Shown here: positions 29,762 through 39,461 of the stretch, one piece after another
Numbering within the stretch: position 1 is the first letter of the stretch
How the letters are laid out: each line of letters starts with the position of its first letter
DNA from: Spirochaetia bacterium
GTDB lineage: Bacteria > Spirochaetota > Spirochaetia > UBA9216
Reading direction: 5' to 3'
DNA length: 64,000 nucleotides
Assembly: GCA_965140585.1 (NCBI GenBank)
Contig: OZ223269.1
Coordinates: 672,001 to 736,000 of the forward strand
Translations under genes and position numbers: made by a program
The notes under the pieces: model-generated
What the model saw: the letters and a program-made list of their open reading frames with translations, nothing else
Database searches by the model: none
Told to the model about the DNA's origin: nothing

Positions 29762-30401
29762 TTTTTCTATAAAAAGCTTTAGTTTATCATTCGCATACGA
29801 GCAGGGTGAAAATGTATTGTGCGATGTTAATATGTCGATAAATCCGGGAGAGATTACCGTATTCTGCGGAGGGAACGGGACCGGAAAAACCACAATGATG
29901 AAGCTTATTGCAGGCCTGTACGTTCCTGACAAGGGGAAAGTTATTTACCTCGATGAAAGCGGAAATGAATTAAACAGTGACAAAGTTAAACTCAACTCGA
30001 TATACGTACATCAGGAACCATATATTCTGAAAGGAACTGTATTCAGCAATATTTCACTTCTTCTGAATTCAGATATCAGAAAATCAGAAAAAAGCGGAAT
30101 TATCTCCAGGTCTCTCGAACTGACAGGGTTATCCGGTTTTGAAAAGAAAAAAGCCTCTAATTTGTCAGGGGGAGAAAAGAAACGTCTTGCAATTTCCAGG
30201 GCTCTGGCCGCTGAAAAAAGAGTTCTTATGCTTGATGAGCCAACGGCAAATCTTGATGCTGCGAGTTCCAAAAAACTTGGTTCTCATCTATTAAAATTGA
30301 AGAGTACAGGTGTTACTATAGTTATTTCTACTCATGATAAACAGTTTATGGAAAAAATTGCAGACAATGTTTTTGATTTTGATGTCATAGGGAGGATCTG
30401 A
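29754..30401 (+). CDS. tupC: Tungstate ABC transporter ATPase
   Basis: GGNGTGKTT, LSGGEKKR, MLDEPTANLD. Start taken at the ATG overlapping the tupB stop. Confidence 0.8.
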   Translation: MNNFSIKSFSLSFAYEQGENVLCDVNMSINPGEITVFCGGNGTGKTTMMKLIAGLYVPDKGKVIYLDESGNELNSDKVKLNSIYVHQEPYILKGTVFSNISLLLNSDIRKSEKSGIISRSLELTGLSGFEKKKASNLSGGEKKRLAISRALAAEKRVLMLDEPTANLDAASSKKLGSHLLKLKSTGVTIVISTHDKQFMEKIADNVFDFDVIGRI

Positions 30402-31630
30402 TGCCTTTGTTGAAAGTAGTAACAGTTGATACTGCACTAGAACTTATTAATACTCATTTTAAGGCAATTCCCGGGAAAACCGAGAACATAGCGGTTTCTA
30501 AATCTGCAGGAAGGATTGTCGCTGAAAATATATACTCTGCTGATCCTGTACCGCATTTTGCAAAATCCACAATGGATGGCTATGCCGTAATCGCAGATGA
30601 AACTTCCGGGGCATCCGAAACTATACCAATTATTATGAAAATCGCAGGTGAAGTATCAATGGGGAAAGCTCCGGATTTTAAGATAAGCTCAGGTACTGCC
30701 GCTTACATCCCCACCGGCGGAATGATGCCTGAAGGAGCAGATGCAGTTGTAATGATAGAATACTCTGAACAGATAGGTGATGAAATAGCTTTTTCTGTTC
30801 CTGCTGTTAAGGGAATGAATGTAGTTCCGGTTGGAAGGGATATCAGCGTGGGTGAACTTCTGTTTGAGGCCGGAAGGCAGATAGATTCAGCAGATATTGG
30901 TGTATTATCCGCTTCCGGTATTACGGATATCAAAGTTTATAAAAAGCCCTCGGCTGCAATAATTTCAACCGGTGATGAAATAACAGCCTCTGATACCGTA
31001 CTTGTTCCCGCAAAGATCCGAGACATCAATTCACATACTTTGAGAGCCGAGGCCGAGAAAATCGGCTTTAATGTGGTTAGTGCAGGTGTTGTAAGTGATG
31101 ATAAAGAACAGCTTGAAAAAGCTATAAGGGAAGTTATGACCTGTTCAGATGTTGTTTTTTTAAGCGGCGGAAGTTCGGCCGGTAATAAAGATTTTACAAT
31201 GGAAATTTTTGATAAAATCGGTGAACCCGGCTGTTTCGTACATGGAATCGCATTTAATCCGGGAAAGCCTACAATACTTGCAAGTGCCGGCGGGTTTCCT
31301 CTTGTCGGGCTGCCGGGGCATCCGGTTTCCGCTCTCATGGTATTTAGAATTATCGGGAAGTATTTGTTCTATCTGCTTTGTAAGTCACATGCTCCGGTTG
31401 AGCCCTGGGTTGAGGCTGTCCTTACTGAAAATATTCATGGAGCTCCCGGCCGTGATACTTATAAGCCCGTTTTTCTCATTAAAAAAACAGATAACTGTTT
31501 TGAAGCTGTTCCTGTTGGGGGCGGATCCAGTATGATTACAACTCTAAGCCGGGCATACGGCTATATTAAAATCAGCCGTGATATTGAAGGTCTGTCATCA
31601 GGTACATCGGTACGGGTTTACCGGTTTTAG
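30401..31630 (+). CDS. moeA: Molybdopterin molybdo-/tungstotransferase MoeA1
   Basis: STMDGYAV, IPTGGMMPEGADAVVMIE, STGDE, SGGSSAG, PGKP, GLPGHPVS. Confidence 0.9.
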   Translation: MPLLKVVTVDTALELINTHFKAIPGKTENIAVSKSAGRIVAENIYSADPVPHFAKSTMDGYAVIADETSGASETIPIIMKIAGEVSMGKAPDFKISSGTAAYIPTGGMMPEGADAVVMIEYSEQIGDEIAFSVPAVKGMNVVPVGRDISVGELLFEAGRQIDSADIGVLSASGITDIKVYKKPSAAIISTGDEITASDTVLVPAKIRDINSHTLRAEAEKIGFNVVSAGVVSDDKEQLEKAIREVMTCSDVVFLSGGSSAGNKDFTMEIFDKIGEPGCFVHGIAFNPGKPTILASAGGFPLVGLPGHPVSALMVFRIIGKYLFYLLCKSHAPVEPWVEAVLTENIHGAPGRDTYKPVFLIKKTDNCFEAVPVGGGSSMITTLSRAYGYIKISRDIEGLSSGTSVRVYRF

Positions 31631-31639
31631 GAGTCTATT

Positions 31640-33556
31640 ATGAAAAGAAATATATATCTTAAACCTTTAAGCTTTGCTGATGCCCAAAATTGTATAGACT
31701 CGGAGTTCAGGCTGAATGAAAATCATAAAACTGAAATGATTTCCGTTGAAGATTCTTTAGGACGTGTAAGTTCATCTCCTGTAATAGCCAAGCTCTCGAA
31801 TCCAAACCATAATGCAGCTGCGATGGACGGAATAAGTGTAAAATCAGCTGCAACCCAAGAAGCAGATCAACGGAATCCGGTGACGCTATCTGTCGACATC
31901 GATTTTAAATGGGTTGATACAGGAGATGTTCTTCCTGCTGATATGGACTCTGTAATTATGATGGAAGATCTCAGTGAGGCGGATGAAAATTCTGTTGTGA
32001 TTACTTCACCGGCGGTTCCCTGGCAGCACGTCAGGCCGGTGGGTGAGGATATAATCTGTTCGGAGATGATCATTCCCTCCATGCACAGGATAAGGCCTGT
32101 AGATATTGGTGCTATGATAGGCGGCGGGATAACCTCTATAGAAGTTATAAAGAAACCTCTTGTCGGAATAATTCCTTCCGGTACTGAAATAATTGAAACT
32201 CCTGATCAGATGACTCCCGGTGCAATTCTTGATTCCAATTCAAGGATGTTCGCAGCTATGGTTTCAGAGTACGGCGGTACTCCGGTTAAATATTCTCCTG
32301 TGAAAGATGATTATAAGCTTCTGAGAGAAGCAGTTGTGAAGGCTCTTGAAAAATGTGATCTGGTGATTCTTGGTGCCGGTTCATCCGCAGGTTCAGAGGA
32401 CTTCTCAAAATCCATAATCGAAGAAATAGGAACTATGCTGTTTCACGGAGTTGCTATAAAACCCGGAAAACCGGCAATTTTCGGGAAAGCCGCGGAAAAA
32501 CCCCTAATCTGCATACCCGGATATCCTGTATCTGCCTGGATAGTCTTTGACAGACTTGTTCAGCCTCTTATCAGGGCTATGTCCTGTGTAAAAGCAGAAC
32601 CGAAGGTCCAAAGACGCGGTATTCTTACAAGACCTCTTGTCTCATCATTGAAACATCTTGAGTATGTGAGGGTTAAATGCGGACAGATCGGAGATAAAAC
32701 TATTGTGACACCGCTCAGCAGAGGCGCAGGAATAACGATGAGTCTTGTTAATGCTGATGCTATTGTTGAAGTTCCCAGAGAGTATGAAGGTTATCCTGCA
32801 GGTTCGGAAGTGGAACTGTATATGCTCAAATCATGGGAGGAGATCTCTGAAAGACTTGTTTCGATCGGCAGTCATGACCTTCTTATGGATATGATAAACG
32901 AGATTATGGTGATAAATGGATCAAGCGGACTCTCTTCTACTCACAGCGGCTCAATGGGCGGTGTTATGGCTGTGAAAAGGGGTGAATGTCATATTGCCCC
33001 GGTTCATGTTCTGAATCCTGAAACCGGTGTGTACAATACTCATCTGCTGAAGCAGTATCTGGCTGATAATGATGTAGTTATCGTAAAGGGTATTAAAAGA
33101 GTACAGGGGCTTATAGTTGCTGAGGGGAATCCTGAAAAGATTACTTCAATAACTGATTTGGCAGAAAGAGAACTGAGTTTTGTTAACAGGCAGCGCGGTG
33201 CAGGCACACGAATACTTTTTGATTATTTATGCGGAAAAGAAAATATACCGGCTGATTCCATAAAAGGTTATGGCCGGGAAATGAATACCCATATGTCGGT
33301 CGCTCAGGCTGTGCTTTCCGGCACCGCAGATGCCGGTATGGGGGTTGAATCCGCAGCCCGCAGCATGGGACTTCATTTTATTCCGATCGGTGAAGAAGAT
33401 TACGATTTTATTTTAAGAAAAGAGGTCCTGGATACTGAAGCAGGACAGGTTTTTATGAATGCCCTCTGTTCAAAACAGTTTAAACTTGAAGTCGAAAGAC
33501 TTGGCGGTTATATTCTTCAAGCTCCGGGCAAGATAATGAGGAAAGAAGATTGTTAG
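31640..33556 (+). CDS. MoeA2 fused to a C-terminal periplasmic-binding-protein-like domain
   Basis: AAMDGI, IKPGKP, PGYPVSA plus C-terminal GSHDL, GSMGG, FVNRQRGAGTRILFD. Confidence 0.88.
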   Translation: MKRNIYLKPLSFADAQNCIDSEFRLNENHKTEMISVEDSLGRVSSSPVIAKLSNPNHNAAAMDGISVKSAATQEADQRNPVTLSVDIDFKWVDTGDVLPADMDSVIMMEDLSEADENSVVITSPAVPWQHVRPVGEDIICSEMIIPSMHRIRPVDIGAMIGGGITSIEVIKKPLVGIIPSGTEIIETPDQMTPGAILDSNSRMFAAMVSEYGGTPVKYSPVKDDYKLLREAVVKALEKCDLVILGAGSSAGSEDFSKSIIEEIGTMLFHGVAIKPGKPAIFGKAAEKPLICIPGYPVSAWIVFDRLVQPLIRAMSCVKAEPKVQRRGILTRPLVSSLKHLEYVRVKCGQIGDKTIVTPLSRGAGITMSLVNADAIVEVPREYEGYPAGSEVELYMLKSWEEISERLVSIGSHDLLMDMINEIMVINGSSGLSSTHSGSMGGVMAVKRGECHIAPVHVLNPETGVYNTHLLKQYLADNDVVIVKGIKRVQGLIVAEGNPEKITSITDLAERELSFVNRQRGAGTRILFDYLCGKENIPADSIKGYGREMNTHMSVAQAVLSGTADAGMGVESAARSMGLHFIPIGEEDYDFILRKEVLDTEAGQVFMNALCSKQFKLEVERLGGYILQAPGKIMRKEDC

Positions 33557-34512
33557 ATACTTTCAACCGGAAGATCGACTACCTTCGACTTTCAATAACT
33601 GATTTATGTAACCTCAGATGCAGATACTGTATGCCCTCAGGCGGGGTAGAAAAAAAAGAGCACTCAAAGATCCTGAGAATTGAAGAGCTGACTGAAATAG
33701 CAGAAGCTGCAGTTTCCTGCGGAATAAGTAAAATCAGACTAACCGGCGGTGAGCCTCTTGTGAGAAAGGGGCTTATAGAACTTATTAAGAATATTCGTAG
33801 AATTGAGGGGTTAAAAACGTTGACTTTGACCAGTAACGGTATTCTGCTTCCTGATATGGCATTACGACTTAAAGATGCCGGACTTGATCGTGTAAATATC
33901 AGTCTGGATACTCTTAATCGGGAGAAATTCAATTGGATAAGCCGGCTTGATAAACTGGATTCAGTTCTTAAGGGGATAGACAGCGCGATAGAAGCAGGGT
34001 TAACACCTCTAAAGATAAATTCGGTGCTTATTAAAGATTTTAATGAAGATGAAATCCTGGATTTCAAAAAGCTTGCAGAAAATCTTGATATAGAGATAAG
34101 ATTTATTGAGTTAATGCCGGTAGGAGAGGCTTCAGGCTGGACTGAAGACCGTTTTCTGCCTAATAAAACGGTTTTTGACAAGGTGCCCGGTATGATGAAA
34201 ATCGAATTTACCGAAAAAGGAAGCCCCGCTGAAGTATGGCAGCTGCCCGGAGGGAAGGGGCGGTTCGGATTTATAAATCCGATAAGTCACAAATTCTGCG
34301 GAGATTGCAACCGGCTTAGAATTACATCAGAGGGAAAGCTGCTGTCATGTCTCCATTCTAACAGGGGGATAGATATTAAAGATGCTCTGGCTGAAGGAAA
34401 AACTCTGGCAGAAGTTATTAAGGAAGGAATCAGGATGAAACCCGGTGAACATAATCTGGAATTAGCTGATTTTGAAAAAACAAATCACAGTATGCATGAA
34501 GTAGGGGGCTGA
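33550..34512 (+). CDS. moaA: GTP 3',8-cyclase
   Basis: CNLRCRYC radical-SAM motif, FCGDCNRLR, C-terminal GG. Confidence 0.95.
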   Translation: MLDTFNRKIDYLRLSITDLCNLRCRYCMPSGGVEKKEHSKILRIEELTEIAEAAVSCGISKIRLTGGEPLVRKGLIELIKNIRRIEGLKTLTLTSNGILLPDMALRLKDAGLDRVNISLDTLNREKFNWISRLDKLDSVLKGIDSAIEAGLTPLKINSVLIKDFNEDEILDFKKLAENLDIEIRFIELMPVGEASGWTEDRFLPNKTVFDKVPGMMKIEFTEKGSPAEVWQLPGGKGRFGFINPISHKFCGDCNRLRITSEGKLLSCLHSNRGIDIKDALAEGKTLAEVIKEGIRMKPGEHNLELADFEKTNHSMHEVGG

Positions 34513-34513
34513 T

Positions 34514-35008
34514 ATGGAATTTACCCATTTTAACAGGGACGGCCGTCCGAAAATGGTTGATATTTCTGAAAAAGCAGAAACTGCACGTGAAGCAGTAGCG
34601 GAAGGTTCAGTTATTATGAATATTGAAACGCTTAGACTTATCCGTGATGGCGGTATGAAAAAGGGTGATGTCCTGGGAACCGCACAGTTAGCGGGTATTA
34701 CCGGTGCAAAAAAGACATCTGAGCTTATCCCCATGTGTCATAATATTTTTATCTCCGGAGTTGATATGGATTTTGAATTGATTGAAGCAGAGGATGAGGC
34801 AGGGGCTGCATATGGAAAAATAAATATCACCGCAACAGCCCGTACCTCGGGTCAGACCGGTATAGAGATGGAAGTGATGACAGCGGTGTCAACAGCAGCT
34901 TTGACTGTCTATGATATGTGCAAGGCAGTTGATCGCGGTATGGAAATAACCGGCATCAGATTGATTAGAAAATCCGGAGGAAAATCCGGTCTGTGGCAGA
35001 GAAAATAG
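34514..35008 (+). CDS. moaC: Cyclic pyranopterin monophosphate synthase
   Basis: MVDISEK, KKGDVL, LIPMCH, TGIEMEV, YDMCKAVD. Confidence 0.95.
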   Translation: MEFTHFNRDGRPKMVDISEKAETAREAVAEGSVIMNIETLRLIRDGGMKKGDVLGTAQLAGITGAKKTSELIPMCHNIFISGVDMDFELIEAEDEAGAAYGKINITATARTSGQTGIEMEVMTAVSTAALTVYDMCKAVDRGMEITGIRLIRKSGGKSGLWQRK

Positions 35009-35021
35009 AGAAGGCTGAAAT

Positions 35022-35462
35022 ATGAAGAATAAATTTGAACTGTTATCACTGAATATCTCAACGAAAAAAGGTGATAAAAAAGTACCGGTTGATTTTTTTG
35101 AAATTAAACCTGAGCATGGCATAGAGGGAGATGCTCATGCTGGCAACTGGCACAGACAGATATCCCTTCTTGCTGATGAAGATATAGATCTTATGCGTGG
35201 AAAGGGTATTGAACTCAATTTCGGTGATTTTGCGGAGAATATTACAACCAGGGGCATTGAATTATACAGCCTTCCTATAGGGACAAGACTTTTTATTGGA
35301 GATACTGAACTTGAAGTTACTCAGATCGGAAAAGAATGCCATCACGGCTGTGCAATCAGGCAGCAGGTCGGCGACTGTATAATGCCAAGACGGGGAATAT
35401 TTGCAAAGGTCATTAAGGGCGGGAGGATTACTGTTGAAAGCAGCTGTTATTACAATATCTGA
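35022..35462 (+). CDS. MOSC domain protein
   Basis: GDAHAGNWHRQISLL, FAENITT, QIGKECH, CIMPRRG. Confidence 0.85.
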   Translation: MKNKFELLSLNISTKKGDKKVPVDFFEIKPEHGIEGDAHAGNWHRQISLLADEDIDLMRGKGIELNFGDFAENITTRGIELYSLPIGTRLFIGDTELEVTQIGKECHHGCAIRQQVGDCIMPRRGIFAKVIKGGRITVESSCYYNI

Positions 35463-35904
35463 CAGAGCCTGCAGAGGTGTATACGAAGATTTATCCGGCC
35501 CTGCCATAGCTGAAATTTTAAGGCAGAAATTTCAGGAGGGGATTGAGATTTCCGGTACAATTGTTCCTGATGAAAAGGAAGCTATTCTTGGTGCTCTTAA
35601 CCAATACGAGTCTAATGATCTGATTTTTACAACAGGCGGAACCGGCCTGGGGCCAAGAGATATAACGCCTGAAGTTACAGCGGCCTGGTGCGAAAGGGAT
35701 GTTCCCGGTATATCAGAAGCCTTAAGAATTCATTCCTGCAGGGAAACACCGATGGCAGTACTGAGCCGGGGTTATTCAGGGCTTCATGGAAATACCCTGG
35801 TTATCAACCTGCCGGGGTCGGTTAAGGCTGTCACATCCTGTACAAATTACCTTCTCGGCATTCTTGAACATGCATTATTAATGATAAAAGGTGCGGGTCA
35901 TTAG
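35434..35904 (+). CDS. MogA/MoaB molybdopterin adenylyltransferase
   Basis: ITISDRA, TTGGTGLGPRDITPE, INLPGS. TTG start after GGAGG. Confidence 0.88.
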   Translation: MKAAVITISDRACRGVYEDLSGPAIAEILRQKFQEGIEISGTIVPDEKEAILGALNQYESNDLIFTTGGTGLGPRDITPEVTAAWCERDVPGISEALRIHSCRETPMAVLSRGYSGLHGNTLVINLPGSVKAVTSCTNYLLGILEHALLMIKGAGH

Positions 35905-36113
35905 GTGGAATTCTGTCTGCCGCCATAATCCGAATATTATACAGATACTTTTTTAACGAAAACGATAGTTTAGTGCTGATTAATTATGTTTTTCAAAAGT
36001 AAACCTATACTTTCCCTTGACTTTCTAACAGACCCTATTTAAAATTGATACTCAAACAACCGGACTGCTTTTTCGGGTGAATTTTTAAGCATTTCGGAAA
36101 AATATTTAAGGAT

Positions 36114-36875
36114 ATGTTGATGCTGTCAATTAAGGGTGTAAGTAAGCACTTTGGCGGTCTGAAGGCATTGAAGAACGTCAGTTTTGATATTCAGGACGGA
36201 CGTATTCATGGCATTATTGGACCCAACGGTTCCGGTAAAACTACTATGTTTAACTGTATAACCGGACTTTTAGAGGTGACTGCGGGTAATATCTACCTGA
36301 ATGATATTGAGATCACCGGCAAACCTGCGCATGAGATTTCCAATTTAGGTATCAGGCGGACCTTCCAGCAGGGGAAATTAGTTCCGTCTCTTAAAGTAAT
36401 AGAAAACGTAATGAGCGGCGTCTATGATTATCATAAAACTGATATCAAAGATACTTTTTTCAGAATACCGTTCAGACAGTCGAAAGTAGAAAAAGAACTT
36501 CGTAATGAAGCTTATGAGGTTCTTGAAATGCTTAATCTTTCAGAATCTGCCGATAGGTGGGCATCTGATCTTGTATGGGCTGAACGCCAGTTTGTTCAGA
36601 TTGCAAGAGCTCTTGTTTCCAAACCAAAAATTCTGCTTATGGACGAACCTGCCTCAGGTATGGGACCTAAAGAAACAGAACAGGTCGGTGAGCTTATTCA
36701 GAAAATTAAGGAAATGGGAATTACAGTGGTAGTTGTAAGCCATGATATGAAAATGCTTATGAATGTTGCTGAGACGGTCACTGTTCTTAACTTCGGAGAT
36801 AATATATTCGAAGGAACACCTTCTGAAGTACAGAAAGACCAGAGAGTACTGGAGGCATATCTTGGCACAGAATGA
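36114..36875 (+). CDS. LIV-type ABC transporter ATPase (LivG-like)
   Basis: GPNGSGKTT, RTFQ, LMDEPASGM, VLEAYLG. Confidence 0.88.
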   Translation: MLMLSIKGVSKHFGGLKALKNVSFDIQDGRIHGIIGPNGSGKTTMFNCITGLLEVTAGNIYLNDIEITGKPAHEISNLGIRRTFQQGKLVPSLKVIENVMSGVYDYHKTDIKDTFFRIPFRQSKVEKELRNEAYEVLEMLNLSESADRWASDLVWAERQFVQIARALVSKPKILLMDEPASGMGPKETEQVGELIQKIKEMGITVVVVSHDMKMLMNVAETVTVLNFGDNIFEGTPSEVQKDQRVLEAYLGTE

Positions 36876-37578
36876 AAATATACTGAGTATTGAAAACCTT
36901 TCTGTAAATTACGGACATGTAAAAGCACTTAAAAATATTGATCTCGAACTTAAAAAAGGTGAGATAGTAGTTCTTGTCGGTGCCAACGGGGCGGGTAAAA
37001 CTACTATAATGGAAACTGTACTTGGTGCAAATGTTCCTGAGAATGGTAAAATTACCTATAAAAGCAAAGATATCACCAATACATCTGTAGACAAGAATGT
37101 AAGAAGCGGAATGTTCCTGGTTCCTGAAGGGCGGGGAGTTTTTTCATCGATGACTGTTCTGGATAATCTCCTTCTCGGGGCTCATCACAACCTTTCTCAG
37201 TCTGATAAAAAACTTGAGCTTGTCTATGATTCTTTTCCGGTTCTCGGGAACAGGAAAAATCAGGTCGCCGGTACTTTAAGCGGCGGTGAAAGACAGATGC
37301 TTGCTATTGCAAGAGCTTTGATGTCATCACCGGATATGATTATGGTTGATGAACCGTCTATCGGGCTTGCTCCGATTATAGTAAATGATATTTTTGAGAT
37401 TCTTGTAAATCTGAATAAAGAGGGGTATACAATCCTTCTCTCTGAACAGAATGTCTATAAGGCTCTTAAAATTGCACATCGAGGTTATGTTCTTGAAACA
37501 GGAAATATAATCAAGAGCGGAACTTCTGAAGAACTGTTGAACGATCCTGCAGTTAAAGAAGCATATCTTGGAGCATAG
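36862..37578 (+). CDS. LIV-type ABC transporter ATPase (LivF-like)
   Basis: GANGAGKTT, VPEGRGVF, LSGGERQML, DEPSIGLAP. TTG start after GGAGG. Confidence 0.88.
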   Translation: MAQNENILSIENLSVNYGHVKALKNIDLELKKGEIVVLVGANGAGKTTIMETVLGANVPENGKITYKSKDITNTSVDKNVRSGMFLVPEGRGVFSSMTVLDNLLLGAHHNLSQSDKKLELVYDSFPVLGNRKNQVAGTLSGGERQMLAIARALMSSPDMIMVDEPSIGLAPIIVNDIFEILVNLNKEGYTILLSEQNVYKALKIAHRGYVLETGNIIKSGTSEELLNDPAVKEAYLGA

Positions 37579-37581
37579 AGA

Positions 37582-38472
37582 ATGGAAATATTAATAGCAC
37601 AAATATTTAACGGACTTTCGCTTGGAAGCATTTATGTTCTTTTGGTAACAGGATTTAATCTGCTTCTGCTTGTAGCGATGATTATTCACTTTTCTTTTCC
37701 CGTAGTAATTGTTTTTTCAATGTATATATCCTGGGTCGTGCTGGGATTAACAGGAAATAATATACCGCTCGGTGTTCTCGGCGGAATTGCTTCAGCGATT
37801 GCGGTTAACGCACTCACTGCACCGATGTTTCAGCATATTATGAAAAAACGCGGAAGTGTTGATATAAATGCAACCATGGTAATTTCTATGGGTATGGGAA
37901 TGATTATTACTGATATACTTTCCCACACTTTTAACCAGGGTTTTCCTATTGCTTTTCCTGATGCACTGACCGGAAATGATAAAGGAGCACTTATAAGTGT
38001 AGGTCTTATCAGTATATCAAGAGGTCAGGTTCTTACCCTGATTGTCGGCGTTCTTTTTGTAGCCTTTCTTTTCTGGCTGTTATATAAAACCAGAACCGGG
38101 CGTGCATTCAGAGCCATAGCTGAAGACCCGAACGGAGCAAAACTGGTAGGTATTCCGCTGTTGAAAACCGGATTCTTAAGTTATGCACTTACAGGGATTC
38201 TGGGCGGAGTTACTGCAGTACTTATGGCTATTCTGCTTGGTTCTGCATCTGCAGGACTTGGTGATTCTCTTGGACATAAGGTGCTTGCTGTTTCAATTAT
38301 TGCAGGTCTTGGTAATCTGACGGGAGGACTGATCATCGGATTACTTCTAGGTGTATTGGAAGCCATTATTCAGGGGTACCTTGCCGGTTCCTGGTCCAAC
38401 GCAATCGCTTTTATAATTATGCTTGTTGTTATTTTGGCTAAACCGAAAGGCGTATTCGGAAGCAAGCTATAG
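37582..38472 (+). CDS. LIV-type ABC permease (LivH-like)
   Basis: NGLSLGSIYVL, TRTGRAFRAIAED, KPKGVFG. Confidence 0.85.
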   Translation: MEILIAQIFNGLSLGSIYVLLVTGFNLLLLVAMIIHFSFPVVIVFSMYISWVVLGLTGNNIPLGVLGGIASAIAVNALTAPMFQHIMKKRGSVDINATMVISMGMGMIITDILSHTFNQGFPIAFPDALTGNDKGALISVGLISISRGQVLTLIVGVLFVAFLFWLLYKTRTGRAFRAIAEDPNGAKLVGIPLLKTGFLSYALTGILGGVTAVLMAILLGSASAGLGDSLGHKVLAVSIIAGLGNLTGGLIIGLLLGVLEAIIQGYLAGSWSNAIAFIIMLVVILAKPKGVFGSKL

Positions 38473-38490
38473 GAAGTCAGGAGGAGTACT

Positions 38491-39369
38491 GTGTCTTTAC
38501 CTTTATATTATTTTCTGGCAATAACCGCCATCTATATACTAATGAGCTGGTCCGTCTATATCCCGTACAGGGTTGGACAGCTTCATTTTATGACAGTTGC
38601 TAATATGGCAATATCAGCATATTTTTCAGCTTTAATGGCTATCAATTTTGATTGGCCTTTCATTGTAGTTTTTATCGTAGGAACTTTGCTTGGTGCATTA
38701 ATCGGGTTTCTGGTTTCCGTAGCGATAGGAGATGCTCCCTGCTTTGCTGTTGTTATTGTAGGCTTCACTTTTATCTATCTCACAAAAACTATAATTGAAA
38801 ATGTTGAAGCATTTGGAGGTCCTCTTGGAATCTTCAGTATACCGAAGATTCTTCAGACTTCAGCATCAAATAGAACATTTCTTATTATTTTCATATATGC
38901 CATGGTTGTAATTACAGGCTTTCTAATTCACCGCTTTGATAATTCAAGACTTGGCAGAGCTGCTTCTGCAATATTTATCGACAGAGAACTTGCAGTATCC
39001 TTCGGTGTTGATGTTAAGAAGATGGGTATGTTCCTTCAGACATGGGCTAGCGCACTCGGCGGAATGTCCGGTGTTCTGTATGCTTTCATTATGAGAAGTA
39101 TTTCACCAAACCATTTTACATTCCATATCGTCGGTGTATGTATGACAATGCTTTTTGTCGGCGGGTATACCACTCAGTGGGGCGCTTTGCTTGCAGCTCC
39201 GCTTCTATGGGGATTTCCGTTAATACTTCCGGATATTGTTGAATCATGGAATATCGTAATCTATGGTATACTGCTCATAGTTGTTCTTGTTATAAAGCCT
39301 GAAGGTGTTATAACAAGGCAGATGATTGAAAAAATTGTGAATGTATTCAAAAAGCCGAAAAAAGCCTGA
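38491..39369 (+). CDS. LIV-type ABC permease (LivM-like)
   Basis: SRLGRA, MLFVGG, KPEGVI; GTG start with RBS. Confidence 0.85.
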   Translation: MSLPLYYFLAITAIYILMSWSVYIPYRVGQLHFMTVANMAISAYFSALMAINFDWPFIVVFIVGTLLGALIGFLVSVAIGDAPCFAVVIVGFTFIYLTKTIIENVEAFGGPLGIFSIPKILQTSASNRTFLIIFIYAMVVITGFLIHRFDNSRLGRAASAIFIDRELAVSFGVDVKKMGMFLQTWASALGGMSGVLYAFIMRSISPNHFTFHIVGVCMTMLFVGGYTTQWGALLAAPLLWGFPLILPDIVESWNIVIYGILLIVVLVIKPEGVITRQMIEKIVNVFKKPKKA

Positions 39370-39461
39370 GGGAATATTTTTAAACTGTTTTATATTTGAA
39401 AATATCCGACATTTATAAATTGTAATAAACGCGTATGCGTTTAGAATATTAGGAGGAAAAA

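Noticed and set aside
33579-34181. 200-aa antisense ORF inside moaA, and similar Ser/Ile/Pro-rich antisense ORFs throughout
   Set aside because: Typical reverse-frame shadows of conserved genes, with no independent evidence.
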